A DNA stretch of 7,043 nt from Octopus sinensis. Lineage: Eukaryota. Positions 6,572-7,043 of the stretch are shown in pieces. Made by a program: the position numbers and the translations under genes. Where the stretch lies: assembly GCF_006345805.1 (NCBI RefSeq), contig NW_021828969.1:1-7043 (forward strand), given 5' to 3'. Each line of letters starts with the position of its first letter. Positions within the stretch are counted from its first letter, which is position 1. The notes under the pieces were generated by a model. That model did no database searches. It was not told where the DNA came from and saw only the letters and a program-made list of their open reading frames with translations.

Positions 6572-7043
6572 TGTAAGTATGTATTTATATTGATTAACGT
6601 GCTGTAGTTGAAGATCGCTACTGATCCATGGCCATCCATACGAAACAAGCGGCGTCAAATGGTAAATGGATGAAGAAAATTATTTAAATATATGTTATTA
6701 AATAGCATTTTGGTTTCCAAAGTGACATTTTGTAGACATACTGTTAGATCTAATGATAACACTTTAACATACATCTTGGATGCCAAATTTTATTAGAATA
6801 ATACTTTTTCAATGGCGTTTCCTATCAAATGTCTACGTGCTGTATCGATGGTGTTAGGCTGAATCATAACCAATTTCACATTGACCTTGATTGAAACTTC
6901 GTTATTCATTATTCATTACTCGTAAACTAATGATGTCAAAGACCTGATTTCTATCGATAACGTCGATATTTTAAACATACGAACGGACGAAAATATTCAG
7001 TGAAAGAAGATGCAAAATATTTATAGATACGTTTGCAAACATA

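Noticed and set aside
1-7043. CRISPR array, rRNA, true tRNA genes or prokaryotic operon
   Set aside because: No regularly spaced repeat-spacer units, no intact cloverleaf, no rRNA similarity; the composition is eukaryotic repeat-rich DNA.

Overview
AT-rich, microsatellite-saturated non-coding eukaryotic DNA with no credible intact protein-coding gene. Almost all listed ORFs are read-throughs of (TA)n, (TG)n, (AAT)n, (GGT)n or (CTTT)n tracts. The interspersed repeats resemble, from recall and not from a database search, those of coleoid cephalopods such as Octopus. They include an old tRNA-SINE head (~46-190), two opposite-strand copies of one SINE body/tail (1317-1486 + and 4536-4738 -), two LINE-like 3' ends attached to (AAT)n tracts (4275-4440 - and 5310-5394 +), and a possible Tc1 transposase scrap (~2545-2585 -). 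The most notable signal is a set of short, microsatellite-bounded elements carrying minimal type-I hammerhead-ribozyme-like motifs, the kind known from Penelope-like retroelement repeats. Four lie on the minus strand (6419-6453, 4084-4139, 1596-1630, 3253-3279). In three of them the predicted cleavage site sits about 100-110 nt from a (TA)n tract. The best copy (6419-6453) has one core substitution and one extra core nucleotide; the others are more decayed. A ~127 bp quasi-palindrome centred on (TA)n is also present (3819-3945).
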